Source of the DNA: an uncultured Planctomycetia bacterium
GTDB lineage: Bacteria; Omnitrophota; Gorgyraeia; Gorgyraeales; Gorgyraeaceae
Assembly (NCBI GenBank): GCA_964415355.1
Contig: CAYPYS010000003.1
Coordinates: 68,156-132,155, forward strand
Length of the DNA: 64,000 nt
Direction: 5' to 3'
Positions within the stretch are counted from its first letter, which is position 1; every line of letters starts with the position of its first letter. Shown here piece after piece: positions 19,783 to 29,680 of this stretch. A program made the position numbers and the translations under genes. The notes beneath the pieces were generated by a model. That model was not told the DNA's origin and did not search any database. It saw only the letters and a list, made by a program, of their open reading frames with translations.

Positions 19783-20381
19783 TTTAACAATTTTGAAAGT
19801 TCAGGATTCAGATACGAACAAAGCGCTGCTGCTAATCCCTCGTCTGTAAAATCGAAAAAGGACTTTCCCTTATCAAAGCTCATGGAAAATCCCGCATTTA
19901 TATCCTGAGACGGTTTAAACTCTATCCCGTCTTTGAGTTTTTCTTTTAGTTTCGATATAAAAGTATTTCTAAGTTTTGCCAGGTCTTCTTTTTTTAACAA
20001 TACCTTTATATCAGAGGTCTTGCCGCTTTGATCGACATATTTTTTTATAAGGCTCTTTAAAATCTCTGCTGTATCTTCAGGCGACATGGCCTTAACAGCC
20101 TCGGCACTCACTATCTTGCCAAAAAGTTTCCTTATCTCATCTTTTAAAGAAAGCATGAGGTCTCGCGAAGCCTGTTTTAATGCTGTCTCTCCTGACTTTT
20201 TTGTTTTCTCAGATTCTATTTTAGCATACTCTACTATCTTTTTTGCTTCCATCTTTGCATCAGAGAGTATCCTTTCTGCATCCTTCTTTGCCTTTGTCTC
20301 TATAGATCTGTATTTTTCTTCTGCCTTCTTTACGCCTTCCATGTTTATCTTTTCAAGAAGTTCTTTTAGTTTCTCTGACAT
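19779..20381 (-). CDS. ntpE: V/A-type ATP synthase subunit E
   Basis: MSEKLKELLEKINMEGV coiled coil, FDFTDE, YLNP. Confidence 0.9.
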   Translation of the reverse strand: MSEKLKELLEKINMEGVKKAEEKYRSIETKAKKDAERILSDAKMEAKKIVEYAKIESEKTKKSGETALKQASRDLMLSLKDEIRKLFGKIVSAEAVKAMSPEDTAEILKSLIKKYVDQSGKTSDIKVLLKKEDLAKLRNTFISKLKEKLKDGIEFKPSQDINAGFSMSFDKGKSFFDFTDEGLAAALCSYLNPELSKLLK

Positions 20382-20409
20382 GATAATATCTCCGTATTTT
20401 ATTACCACC

Positions 20410-20446
20410 TAACTTTACATTTCAACAACGTTAAAGTGTAAAGTTA
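20410..20446. repeat. Palindromic element copy 8 (supplies pyrE stop)
   Basis: Consensus copy. Confidence 0.95.
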
Positions 20447-21010
20447 GCGGCTGCCGGGTTTTGTTATCTCGGCCCCTTTTTTGCACAAAGGGCACTGTTC
20501 TGGGGGGAAAACTGGAAGATCTAATTTTATCAGACTAAATGACTTTACGCCAAAATCTATTTTTTCGCTACTTCTGTCTATAATACTTCCAACACCTATT
20601 ATACTTGCGCCGGTTGCTTTTACAACCTCTAAAACCTCCTTGGTCGAAAGACCGGTCGTTATCACGTCTTCGACCACAAGTACCCTTTCGCCAGGCCTGA
20701 TCTCAAAACCTCTCCTCAAAACCATGGACCTGTCTTTTCTTTCTGTAAAAATAGAGGTGACCCCTAAAGCCCTTGCTGTCTCATAAGAGACGATCACTCC
20801 TCCGAGCGCTGGCGCGACGACGCACGCAGGCTTCTCATCTTTGAAATGACTGGCAAGCTGCGCACATAATTTCTCGGCATATTCCGGATATTGTAGAATC
20901 CTGGCGCATTGCAAATAATCACCGCTGTGCAATCCACTCGATAATCTAAAATGCCCCTTTAGAAGCGCCTTTGTATTTTTTAGAATTCTCAGGATTTCTT
21001 TTTCTTTCAT
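20444..21010 (-). CDS. pyrE: Orotate phosphoribosyltransferase
   Basis: GHFRLSSGLHS, VLVVEDVITTG. Confidence 0.95.
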   Translation of the reverse strand: MKEKEILRILKNTKALLKGHFRLSSGLHSGDYLQCARILQYPEYAEKLCAQLASHFKDEKPACVVAPALGGVIVSYETARALGVTSIFTERKDRSMVLRRGFEIRPGERVLVVEDVITTGLSTKEVLEVVKATGASIIGVGSIIDRSSEKIDFGVKSFSLIKLDLPVFPPEQCPLCKKGAEITKPGSR

Positions 21011-21022
21011 ATCTTCAAAGGC

Positions 21023-21059
21023 TAACTTTACATTTCAACAACGTTAAAGTGTAAAGTTA
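21023..21059. repeat. Palindromic element copy 9 (supplies pyrF stop)
   Basis: Consensus copy. Confidence 0.95.
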
Positions 21060-21752
21060 GAACATGCTTTGTAATGCCTTGACAGGGTCTTTTGCCTTTG
21101 TAATAGGCCGGCCGATTACTATGTAATCCGCTCCAGCATCGATTGCCTGTTTTGGCGTAGCAACTCTTTTCTGGTCCTCTTTTTGGCTTCCTTCAGGCCT
21201 GACTCCGGGTGTAACTATTAAGAAATTCTCCCCAAATGTCTTCCTGAGCTTTGCGGTTTCTTTAGGAGACGCCACAACGCCATCCAGCCCTGAATCTTTT
21301 GCCAGCCTGGCAAGGTCAAATACCTGTTCCTCCGGCACTTTGTTGATCCCAACCTCACGCAGAGATTCTTTATCCATGCTTGTAAGAACAGTAACTCCTA
21401 AAATCCTCGGCCTGCCCTGACCCAATCTTTCGCTCTCTTCTTCGGCCCCCTCGAGCGCAGCCTTCATCATGGCCCTTCCGCCAGAAGCATGCACATTAAA
21501 CATGGTCGCGCCTAACCGCGCAGCAACCCTTGCAGAACTTTTGACAGTATTTGGGATATCATGGAACTTTAAATCCAAAAATATATCTTTGTCATGTTTT
21601 TTAATTATATCTATTGCCTTTGCGCCGCAGGAATAAAATAATTCCATGCCTACCTTAAAAATATTTACATGCGGACTTAATATGTCGAGCAAACGATCGA
21701 CTTCCTTGATCGTATTGGTATCAAGCGCTACTATGACTTTGTCTTTGTCCAT
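21057..21752 (-). CDS. pyrF: Orotidine-5'-phosphate decarboxylase
   Basis: FLDLKFHDIPNT, VTPGVRP, DQKR. Confidence 0.96.
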   Translation of the reverse strand: MDKDKVIVALDTNTIKEVDRLLDILSPHVNIFKVGMELFYSCGAKAIDIIKKHDKDIFLDLKFHDIPNTVKSSARVAARLGATMFNVHASGGRAMMKAALEGAEEESERLGQGRPRILGVTVLTSMDKESLREVGINKVPEEQVFDLARLAKDSGLDGVVASPKETAKLRKTFGENFLIVTPGVRPEGSQKEDQKRVATPKQAIDAGADYIVIGRPITKAKDPVKALQSMF

Positions 21753-22588
21753 TTCTCAACACCTTTTATTATTTTTTCGCAGATACACGGCTCTACAAAA
21801 TTGGCTGTACCTACCTGCACTGCCTTTGCGCCTGCTATTAAAAATTCAATTGCGTCTTCCGCATCCATTATACCACCCATGCCTATAACTGGCTTTTTAA
21901 TATTCTTCGCGACCTCCCAGACCATTCTCAGCGCGATAGGCTTTATGCACGGCCCGCTCAATCCCCCGACGATATTCCCAAGCTTTGGTTTTCCTGTCTC
22001 TATATCTATGGCCATCCCCAAAAAAGTATTAACCAGGCTTACTGCGTCTGAGCCTGCGCTGCAGGCTGCCCTGGCGATCTCTACAACATCAGTCACATTC
22101 GGTGAAAGCTTCGTGATCAATGTCTTGCCCGTAGTCATTCTCGCGCTTTTAACCACATCGTACGTCGCATCTTTGTCTTGCGCAACCAGGTTTTTAGCTT
22201 TTATATTAGGGCACGATATATTCAACTCCAACCCGTCCACGCCTTTGACTTTATCCAACCTTTTGGCCAGCTGACAAAATTCCTTTGTACTATCCCCTGA
22301 TATACTTACGATTATCGGCACACCAAGTTTTGATAGATATGGTAATTTCTCTTTTATAAAATTTTCAACGCCTTCATTTTGCAGGCCAATGGAATTAAGC
22401 ATACCATAAGCCGTCTCGCAAACCCTAGGCATAGGGTTGCCGGGCCGCGCTTTAATAGTTATTGTCTTCGTGACTATCGCGCCCAGTTTCTTTAAGTCCA
22501 CTAGCCCTTCAAACTCCTTTGCGTAACCAAAGGTGCCTGAAGCGACCATCACAGGATTTTTTAATTTTATCTTCCCTATCCTAATCAC
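21731..22588 (-). CDS. pyrD: Dihydroorotate dehydrogenase B, catalytic subunit
   Basis: NPVMVASGTFG, ELNISCPN, KLSPNVTD; GTG start at 22588 after GGGAG. Confidence 0.95.
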   Translation of the reverse strand: MIRIGKIKLKNPVMVASGTFGYAKEFEGLVDLKKLGAIVTKTITIKARPGNPMPRVCETAYGMLNSIGLQNEGVENFIKEKLPYLSKLGVPIIVSISGDSTKEFCQLAKRLDKVKGVDGLELNISCPNIKAKNLVAQDKDATYDVVKSARMTTGKTLITKLSPNVTDVVEIARAACSAGSDAVSLVNTFLGMAIDIETGKPKLGNIVGGLSGPCIKPIALRMVWEVAKNIKKPVIGMGGIMDAEDAIEFLIAGAKAVQVGTANFVEPCICEKIIKGVEKWTKTKS

Positions 22589-22602
22589 TCTACATCTCCC
22601 GC

Positions 22603-22639
22603 TAACTTTACATTTCAACAACGTTAAAGTGTAAAGTTA
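22603..22639. repeat. Palindromic element copy 10 (supplies pyrK stop)
   Basis: Consensus copy. Confidence 0.95.
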
Positions 22640-23425
22640 GCCCCATATTATTTCATTGGCGTCGAATATGGGTCCGTCTTTGCATACAAACTTACAGGCA
22701 ATACCTTTGCCTTTTACTCTCACAGCGCAACCCAGGCACGCGCCAATGCCACACGCCATTTCTTCTTCCAACGAAGCATAGCATTTTATCTTATTCTTAG
22801 CACAAATATCAGCAATGCTTTTTAACATTGGTTGTGGCCCACATGTATAAATCGTTGACCTGTTGGCCTGTAAAATTTTTTGAAATAAGCCTGAAACAAA
22901 ACCTTTATATCCTTTGCTTCCGTCATCAGTAGCAATATGGACTTTAGCGCCAAGATTTTTAAAATCCTTCTCGCACAATAGCGTTTTCTTTGTCTTTGCA
23001 CCGATCAAAACAGTCATCTTTATTTTCTTCTTGGCTAAAACCTCTGCAAGAAAAACCAGCGGCGCAACGCCTATGCCGCCAGTGATTAGAATTGCCGTTT
23101 GCCGCTTGTCGCCCTTCGCCCGAGGCAATGTAAAACCATTGCCCAAAGGGCCTAAGACTTTAAGAAAATCTCCTTTTTTCTTTCTAGCTAATAACTCTGT
23201 TCCTTTGCCTATTACTTCATATAAAATTTCGATCGCATTTTGAGTTTTAAGCCTATGAATACTAAACGGTCTCCTCAAAAACGGCTCTAGCGTATCACTG
23301 CACCTAACCTGCACAAACTGGCCTGCTTTTGCGCTCTTCGCAATACTAGGTGCCTCAAGGCCCATCTTAAAATAGCCTGACCCTATATTCTCGTTGGATA
23401 AAACCTTTGCTTTTATGTCTTTCAT
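22637..23425 (-). CDS. pyrK: Dihydroorotate dehydrogenase electron transfer subunit
   Basis: RRPFSI, GGIGVAP, MACGIGACLGC, CKDGPIF. Confidence 0.95.
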   Translation of the reverse strand: MKDIKAKVLSNENIGSGYFKMGLEAPSIAKSAKAGQFVQVRCSDTLEPFLRRPFSIHRLKTQNAIEILYEVIGKGTELLARKKKGDFLKVLGPLGNGFTLPRAKGDKRQTAILITGGIGVAPLVFLAEVLAKKKIKMTVLIGAKTKKTLLCEKDFKNLGAKVHIATDDGSKGYKGFVSGLFQKILQANRSTIYTCGPQPMLKSIADICAKNKIKCYASLEEEMACGIGACLGCAVRVKGKGIACKFVCKDGPIFDANEIIWG

Positions 23426-23440
23426 CTCGCGCAATCGGCT

Positions 23441-23477
23441 TAAGTATACACTTTAACATTGTTAAAATGTATACTTA
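23441..23477. repeat. Palindromic element copy 11 (AAGTAT/ATACTT subfamily)
   Basis: TAAGTATACACTTTAACATTGTTAAAATGTATACTTA. Confidence 0.95.
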
Positions 23478-23495
23478 AAATTAAAATGTTTCTTA

Positions 23496-24728
23496 TTAGA
23501 AGAGGTTGAGCTGTTTTTCCTCTTTGACCTCTGCTCCTTTTAATATATCTATCTTACCGTATTCACCGTCAAATCCCGGGAGTATCTCAACATTCCCGTT
23601 TCTCACGTTCAAAATCGCCTTTGCTATCTTGCTAGGAAGTTTCTTCAAAAGATCGCCCTCGCTCACCTCAGTAAGTACCTCGAATTCTGTGCCGACTCTC
23701 GGGACTATAGCTCGATACTCTGCTGCTACTGCCTTGGAGCCATCGCCTACGCCAAGGACATCCGAGATGATTTCGGCAAGCGGCACCATTCTCTTGTAAG
23801 GGATCCTTGCCTCTGGCTCAAATCCCTCAGGCCTATCTGCAAGCTCGTCTACTCTGTTCATGACACCTACTGTCAAAGGTTTGCCGCAGGCAGGGCAAAT
23901 ATTTTTATTCTTCTTGCTTTCTGAAGGGCTAAATCTCACATTGCAATTCCTGTGACCATCATAGTGATATTTTCCTTCTTCTGGAAAGAACTCAATGGTA
24001 TGAAGGAATTTTTTTCTGTCTTTCTTTTTCAAAACATCTACTATAGAGTTATAACTCATCTCTGTATCAAATACATTTGCCTCTCGCCCGATCTTCTGTG
24101 GTGAGTGTGAATCAGAATTTGATATCAGGCTGAATCTATCGAGCTTACTCCAGCGCCAGTTCATGCCAGGATCTGACGATAACCCTGTTTCGAGCGCATA
24201 GATATCCTTTGAATATTCTTCGAAACATTCTTCTATTGTATCAAATCCTGATTTAGACCCGAACAATGAAAACCACGGGGTCCATATATGGCCAGGCACG
24301 ACGAATACGTCTTTGCTTATCCCAAAGAGAATCTCGACAAGATCTTTTGCATCCATACCTATAATAGGTCTCCCGTCAGCCGAGAGGTTCCCGTAACCGG
24401 AAAGCGTTGAATTTATTTTTTCAGCGATCTTGAAGCTCGGCGCGAAAATAACATTGTGGATCTTTCTGACCTTTCCGCCTTTAGAATAGATGCAGGATAT
24501 CTCACCCGTAAGAATAAAATTCACTCCGTTGTACTCAAATAAACCATTGCCTGAATCCTTCAAGGTATCTTTTAATTCTTCCAACCATAGGTAATGCGTA
24601 AAGTCACCCGTGCCCAATAGTGATATACCTTTGATCTTTGCGAATTCCGAAAGAGTCTTCACCTCCATCTGAGGACTGGTGGCACGGCTATACTTAGAAT
24701 GGATATGAAAATCAGCTACAAACTTCAT
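23496..24728 (-). CDS. Endonuclease Q / TIGR00375-like PHP-domain protein
   Basis: ADFHIHSKYSRATS, GTGDFTH, ETGLSSD, SNSDSHS, GKYHYDGHR, CPACG. Confidence 0.88.
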   Translation of the reverse strand: MKFVADFHIHSKYSRATSPQMEVKTLSEFAKIKGISLLGTGDFTHYLWLEELKDTLKDSGNGLFEYNGVNFILTGEISCIYSKGGKVRKIHNVIFAPSFKIAEKINSTLSGYGNLSADGRPIIGMDAKDLVEILFGISKDVFVVPGHIWTPWFSLFGSKSGFDTIEECFEEYSKDIYALETGLSSDPGMNWRWSKLDRFSLISNSDSHSPQKIGREANVFDTEMSYNSIVDVLKKKDRKKFLHTIEFFPEEGKYHYDGHRNCNVRFSPSESKKNKNICPACGKPLTVGVMNRVDELADRPEGFEPEARIPYKRMVPLAEIISDVLGVGDGSKAVAAEYRAIVPRVGTEFEVLTEVSEGDLLKKLPSKIAKAILNVRNGNVEILPGFDGEYGKIDILKGAEVKEEKQLNLF

Positions 24729-26008
24729 ATATATCCTCCATTATAAACGATCTCGCCTTTGCAAATAGTGCATTCGACTAAGCCTTTTAATTTTTTGCCC
24801 AGGAATGCGGAATTTTTCGACTTGGACACAAGATTCCTCTTCTTAACTATCCATTCTTTATCCGGAGAAACTATTGCTATATCTGCATCACAACCCGCGC
24901 TTAAAGACCCCTTGTCTATACCTGAAATCTTCGCAGGCTCAGAACACATTTTTTTAACCAGATCGCTCCAGCTCAAAAGCCCTGTGTGGACCAGCTCAGT
25001 CGCGCTGACCGCAAGCTCTGTTTCTAAGCCAATACTCCCTGACGCTGCGTGTTCGAATTCTATCTCTTTCTCGTTTTCTGTATGAGGCGCGTGGTCAGAG
25101 GCAATGACATCTATCGTACCTTCTTTAAGGCCTTGCTTTATAGCATCGGCATCTAGTTTACTTCTTAAAGGAGGATTTATTTTCATGTTCGTGTTGTAAT
25201 CGAGCACATCGTCCTCGTTCAAACTAAAATAATGCGGGGCTGTTTCTGCTGTCACTTTTATACCTTTTTTCTTTGCCTTTTTTATGACCTCGATCGACTC
25301 TTTGCAACTAAGGTGGGCTATGTGAATAGCTGCGCCTGCCTTTTCTGCTAATCTAATATCGCGCTCGACTCTCTTATATTCTGATTCGCAAGAAACCCCT
25401 TTCAGGCCAAGCCTGGTCGAAGTAAAACCAAGATTTACAACACCTTTGCTGGAAAGCGCCTGGTCTTCACAGTGACATATTACAATAATCTTTTCTTTCT
25501 TTGCCTTGGTAAGAGCCTTTAGTAACAACTCATCGCTGTCTACAGATGAACCATCGTCGCTTATGGCAATTACACCTTCTTTCTTTAAGGTCGCAATGTC
25601 ACAGAGCTCTTTGCCTTCGCGACCAAGCGTAATCGCACCTACCATAAACACATCTACGTCAGCTGTCCTTTTTATAATGTCTTTGAGAAGCTTCACGTTC
25701 TCTACGCAATCAATAGCCGGAAGCGTGTTTGGCATTGTCAAAACACTTGTCACGCCACCTTTTGCAGCTGCCTTTGTGCCGCTCGCTACTGTCTCTTTGT
25801 CTCCCCTGCCAGGCTCTCTCAAGTGCACGTGCATATCTACGAGCCCAGGCATAACTATTTTGTTTTTAGCATCGATCGCTTTGTCTGCCTCTGATGTTAT
25901 AGACTTTTCCACTCTGGAAATCTTGGCACCGCTTACAAGAATATCCATTGTCTCTTCTATGTTATTAGCAGGATCTATTACGAGCCCATTCTTAATCAAT
26001 AATTTCAT
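24725..26008 (-). CDS. pyrC: Dihydroorotase
   Basis: DMHVHLREPG, MPNT, NPPLR, ASDHAPH. Confidence 0.96.
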   Translation of the reverse strand: MKLLIKNGLVIDPANNIEETMDILVSGAKISRVEKSITSEADKAIDAKNKIVMPGLVDMHVHLREPGRGDKETVASGTKAAAKGGVTSVLTMPNTLPAIDCVENVKLLKDIIKRTADVDVFMVGAITLGREGKELCDIATLKKEGVIAISDDGSSVDSDELLLKALTKAKKEKIIVICHCEDQALSSKGVVNLGFTSTRLGLKGVSCESEYKRVERDIRLAEKAGAAIHIAHLSCKESIEVIKKAKKKGIKVTAETAPHYFSLNEDDVLDYNTNMKINPPLRSKLDADAIKQGLKEGTIDVIASDHAPHTENEKEIEFEHAASGSIGLETELAVSATELVHTGLLSWSDLVKKMCSEPAKISGIDKGSLSAGCDADIAIVSPDKEWIVKKRNLVSKSKNSAFLGKKLKGLVECTICKGEIVYNGGYI

Positions 26009-26966
26009 TGTTATTTTTCTTCTCCCTTGCCTGCGACAACCAAAATAAAACTGCCATGCGCACAGCTATGCCGTTTGTAACCTGTTCGAGAATAACAGAA
26101 TTCGCGCCGTCTGCCACCTTACTCGAGATCTCAATTCCCCTGTTTATAGGGCCCGGATGCATTATTACAATATCTTTTTTGACCTTAGCCAATCGCTCCT
26201 CTGTTATTCCGAATTTCTTGAAATATTCCAACTGCTGTGGAAACGCTGTTTTTTCGTCCCGCTCAAACTGCATCCTTAATACATTTACTGCATCAGCACC
26301 TGAAAGCGCCTCGTCTATGTCATCTGTAACTTCGATGCCCATCTTTTCTATGCCAGGTGGTATCAACATACTAGGCGCGCAGACCATGACCTTTGCACCT
26401 AATTTAGTCAGGCCCCAGATGTTCGAACGCGCAACGCGCGAATGTGCAATATCCCCAACTATACTGACTTTCAAGCCTTCTATACGTCCTAATTTTTTCT
26501 TCAGCGTAAATATGTCCAGAAGGCCCTGGGTAGGATGCTCATGCCATCCATCGCCTGCGTTCACAACGCTTATATTCACGTGACGCGCGAGCATGGTTGC
26601 TGCGCCTGAACAATTGTGCCTTACGATAATGATGTCTGCCTTCAATGCCTCTATGTTCTTGCCTGTATCATTTAATGTCTCGCCTTTTTTCACGCTTGAG
26701 GTCTCTGTCGCGATATTAATGACATCTGCGGATAATCTCTTGGCAGCTATCTCAAAAGACACCCTTGTCCTCGTAGAGGGTTCGTAGAACAAATTTACGA
26801 CTGTTTTTCCGCGAAGAGCAGGCACCTTTTTTATAGGCCTATCTAGTATCTCCCTGAAAGAATCTGCCGTCTCCAAGACCAATTCTATGTCATCCTTGGA
26901 AAGATACTCCAGGCCTAAAAGATCCTTATGGACCCATTTTGTCTTTTTCTTTGTCGTCTTAGCCAT
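25992..26966 (-). CDS. pyrB: Aspartate carbamoyltransferase catalytic subunit
   Basis: [25 protein letters not shown]. Confidence 0.97.
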   Translation of the reverse strand: MAKTTKKKTKWVHKDLLGLEYLSKDDIELVLETADSFREILDRPIKKVPALRGKTVVNLFYEPSTRTRVSFEIAAKRLSADVINIATETSSVKKGETLNDTGKNIEALKADIIIVRHNCSGAATMLARHVNISVVNAGDGWHEHPTQGLLDIFTLKKKLGRIEGLKVSIVGDIAHSRVARSNIWGLTKLGAKVMVCAPSMLIPPGIEKMGIEVTDDIDEALSGADAVNVLRMQFERDEKTAFPQQLEYFKKFGITEERLAKVKKDIVIMHPGPINRGIEISSKVADGANSVILEQVTNGIAVRMAVLFWLSQAREKKNNNEIID

Positions 26967-27510
26967 CTTGTGCTTCCTCTATAAAAACAATATCTTCTCC
27001 ATCTGTCTCTTCCAGTTTCAACTGCACAAGCTCTTTTTGAGACGTCGGGACATTTTTACCCACATAGTCTGCTCTTATCGGCAGCTCCCTGTGGCCCCTG
27101 TCTATAAGGATCGCTAACTGTATAATCTTGGGTCTGCCAAAATCTATAAGCGCGTCTAAGGCACATCGTATAGTCCTGCCTGTATACAGCACATCATCGA
27201 CCAATATTATAACCTTCCCTTCTATGTCAAAATCTATCTCTGTCCTATGCACCACAGGCTGTTCTGATATAACGCTCAAATCATCCCTGTATAATGTAAT
27301 ATCTAGAGCGCCTACTGGCAATTTTGCGCCATCGATTGCTTCTATCGCCGCTGCAATCCTCTCTGCAAGAACATAGCCTCTGGTCCTGATACCGATTATT
27401 GCCAGATCTTTAGAACCCTTGTTTTTTTCCAAGATCTCGTGGCTTATCCTTTTGATTGCGCGTTCTATCTCTTCTTTTGTCAGGATATTTGCCTTTTGTT
27501 TAAACCCCAT
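26959..27510 (-). CDS. pyrR: Pyrimidine operon regulator / uracil phosphoribosyltransferase
   Basis: [30 protein letters not shown]. Confidence 0.96.
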   Translation of the reverse strand: MGFKQKANILTKEEIERAIKRISHEILEKNKGSKDLAIIGIRTRGYVLAERIAAAIEAIDGAKLPVGALDITLYRDDLSVISEQPVVHRTEIDFDIEGKVIILVDDVLYTGRTIRCALDALIDFGRPKIIQLAILIDRGHRELPIRADYVGKNVPTSQKELVQLKLEETDGEDIVFIEEAQDG

Positions 27511-27523
27511 ACTGCCTCCGAGC

Positions 27524-27563
27524 AAAAAAAATACCTTCCCGCTTATTTATAGCAAGAAGGTAT
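27524..27563 (-). terminator. Attenuator terminator of the pyr leader
   Basis: ATACCTTCTTGCT...AGCGGGAAGGTAT followed by a T run. Confidence 0.85.
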
Positions 27564-27600
27564 AAGTTTCTTCGATTCTCTATGCACTTTCATTTTTACC

Positions 27601-27633
27601 ACCTTATCAACCTCTCAGGGCTGATTTAAAGGT
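27601..27633 (-). promoter_or_regulatory. PyrR-binding RNA element
   Basis: ACCTTTAAATCAGCCCTGAGAGGTTGATAAGGT matches the PyrR binding-loop pattern (CUUUAA...GAGAGG). Confidence 0.85.
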
Positions 27634-27646
27634 TATCTTTCCTATT

Positions 27647-27674
27647 ATTATACAGAAAATACCTGATTTGTCAA
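27647..27674 (-). promoter_or_regulatory. sigma70 promoter of the pyr operon
   Basis: TTGACA-N16-TATAAT. Confidence 0.7.
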
Positions 27675-27678
27675 TCCT

Positions 27679-27713
27679 TAAGTATACTTTCAACAATGTT
27701 AAAAGTATACTTA
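27679..27713. repeat. Palindromic element copy 12 (35-bp form, one base missing from each arm)
   Basis: TAAGTATACTTTCAACAATGTTAAAAGTATACTTA. Confidence 0.9.
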
Positions 27714-27738
27714 AGCTTACGTACCCAGCTCTGTAAAG

Positions 27739-28962
27739 CTAGAGGGCTACGACGTCGCCCTTGTGATAGAGCGACAAAAACAACAACAGATATTCCTTTA
27801 AGTGGCGCGTAAGGAGAAAATTCTGCCTTATGTGCTCACGGCCGTTCTCACCAAGTCTCTTTGCGTACTCTGGTGCGCTCAAAAGCTGTTTTATATAAAA
27901 CGCTGCTCCTTCCACGGTATTGCATAAAATTCCACTATACTTATGTTTTATCTGCAAAGGTATGCCTCCGACAGCTGACCCAACCACTGGCTTGGCTTTC
28001 CACAGGGCCTCTGAGACAGTAAGCGCAAACCCTTCTCTGATGGACTTCTGAAGCACCACATCTGAGACGCGCTGGAATGCATTGATCTCATAAGGTATAT
28101 CTTCCACCATAAGCGCTGTGATATCAGGATCGTCACCCGCAGCCTCTTTCACTTGACCGTATATCTTGTCTGACTCAGGATCATCAGCAGCGCGATTGCC
28201 CACCAGCAACAATTGACAATCAATGTATTTCTTTACCAGCTTGTATGCCTCTATCACTCCAACTGGATCTTTAAGAGCATCATATCTTGAGATCTGACAT
28301 ATCAAAGGCTTTTTCCCAGGATCGACTTTGTATTTATTAAGCACAGTGTCGATTTCCTTCTGCGTTAACTCTCTGTTTTTATCGCTAAAAGGATCGATAG
28401 ATGGGGAAATAAGAACTTGCCTTGTCTTCATTTTATGAGCAAAATGCGCGCTTGAAAAAATCGCCGCGTGATACTTGTTTGCGAGACCTTCTAAAAATCC
28501 CCATACCTTTCTATCGGGATTCGATACATCGACATGGCAACGCCATATCCATTTGCTATTTTTCATCTTAGACTTGCGCTGTATCAGTCCTATCGGCTGC
28601 GGGTCATGTATAAACATGATATCGCCGTATAAATTCATCTCCCTGACGTTTTCCCTGCTAATATCATTGAATATCTTCCACATCTTTCTTGTGATCTTCG
28701 CCTTTTTTCCATGCAATGCATTATGTATGCTCTTAGTCACTTCAAAAAAATCAGCACTGCCTTTTATGACGTCCCACTGTGCGCTAACGCCAAGCTCCTG
28801 CATAAGAGGAGTGATCTTGCTCAGTATCTCTGCGACACCGCCACCCATGGCAGTAGAGTTTATATGCTGGATCGTCTTGCCGCGCAAATAGTCAGCCAAG
28901 AGCCTCAGCTCCTCTATCGTACTTCTTCCCACTACTTCTTCGTATCTATCTATTCTTCCCAT
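27739..28962 (-). CDS. treT: Trehalose synthase (GT4 glycosyltransferase)
   Basis: HINSTAMGGGVAEIL, IHDPQP, WIWRCHVD, EGFALTVSEALWK. Confidence 0.88.
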   Translation of the reverse strand: MGRIDRYEEVVGRSTIEELRLLADYLRGKTIQHINSTAMGGGVAEILSKITPLMQELGVSAQWDVIKGSADFFEVTKSIHNALHGKKAKITRKMWKIFNDISRENVREMNLYGDIMFIHDPQPIGLIQRKSKMKNSKWIWRCHVDVSNPDRKVWGFLEGLANKYHAAIFSSAHFAHKMKTRQVLISPSIDPFSDKNRELTQKEIDTVLNKYKVDPGKKPLICQISRYDALKDPVGVIEAYKLVKKYIDCQLLLVGNRAADDPESDKIYGQVKEAAGDDPDITALMVEDIPYEINAFQRVSDVVLQKSIREGFALTVSEALWKAKPVVGSAVGGIPLQIKHKYSGILCNTVEGAAFYIKQLLSAPEYAKRLGENGREHIRQNFLLTRHLKEYLLLFLSLYHKGDVVAL

Positions 28963-29620
28963 TTTTTAGTCTCTCTTCTGCAAGCTCTATTATCTTTCTC
29001 CTTAAGTCTTCCATGGTAAACGTATACGGATCCAAAGACATTATCTTTTCAGCGAGCTCAATCTCTGACAGCGACGTTCCCAGCCAAAAAGAAAAATCAT
29101 TCGTTTCCTTGTCCAGCCTGAGACGTGCCTCAAACATATGAAAATATATTGAATCTAGCGTAACCTCTTTGAGCATATCGACAAAGTCTTTTAAAGTCGC
29201 TGCCACATGAGGCGTGGGCAAGACAAAACTCGCGCTTTTTATAAAATGGAATACCCTATTGCGGGCCGCGAATCTCTCTTTTGTCCTTGGATTTCTCTCT
29301 ACATGCTCTTCTATGATTCTCACGATCTCGTTCCTTAGCGCGCGTATGCTCGGGTATTTGATCGTATCGATACTGGCGATTCTCTCTCCCAACACTTCTT
29401 CATTTAAGACATTTGTTATCCAATGGGCAAAATCATTTGGTGGCTCTGGAGAAAGATACTCGTGCTGCTGCAGGAAATGGTGGGTGTGGTAATAAATCGA
29501 AGAGCCCGGCACCCTCCTAATAAGCTCCAAAAGTTCCTCTATATTAGAAGCCTTAAGGCCTGTAAGGATCCTCATATGAAGTCTTGTATAAAATCTAAAT
29601 GTCTTATCGTTATTCGCCAT
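28946..29620 (-). CDS. DUF5752-family protein (treT-associated)
   Basis: Duplicated SIYYH/SIYFH..NDF..W motif. Confidence 0.8.
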   Translation of the reverse strand: MANNDKTFRFYTRLHMRILTGLKASNIEELLELIRRVPGSSIYYHTHHFLQQHEYLSPEPPNDFAHWITNVLNEEVLGERIASIDTIKYPSIRALRNEIVRIIEEHVERNPRTKERFAARNRVFHFIKSASFVLPTPHVAATLKDFVDMLKEVTLDSIYFHMFEARLRLDKETNDFSFWLGTSLSEIELAEKIMSLDPYTFTMEDLRRKIIELAEERLKNGKNR

Positions 29621-29643
29621 AATTACTATTATATATTATATCC

Positions 29644-29680
29644 TAACTTTACATTTCAACAACGTTAAAGTGTAAAGTTA
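29644..29680. repeat. Palindromic element copy 13 (supplies otsB stop)
   Basis: Consensus copy. Confidence 0.95.

Noticed and set aside
22589-22621. pyrD start MLKCKVS... (similarly nnrE 36765-36848)
   Set aside because: The extension is translated repeat sequence; better starts exist at 22588 and 36764.
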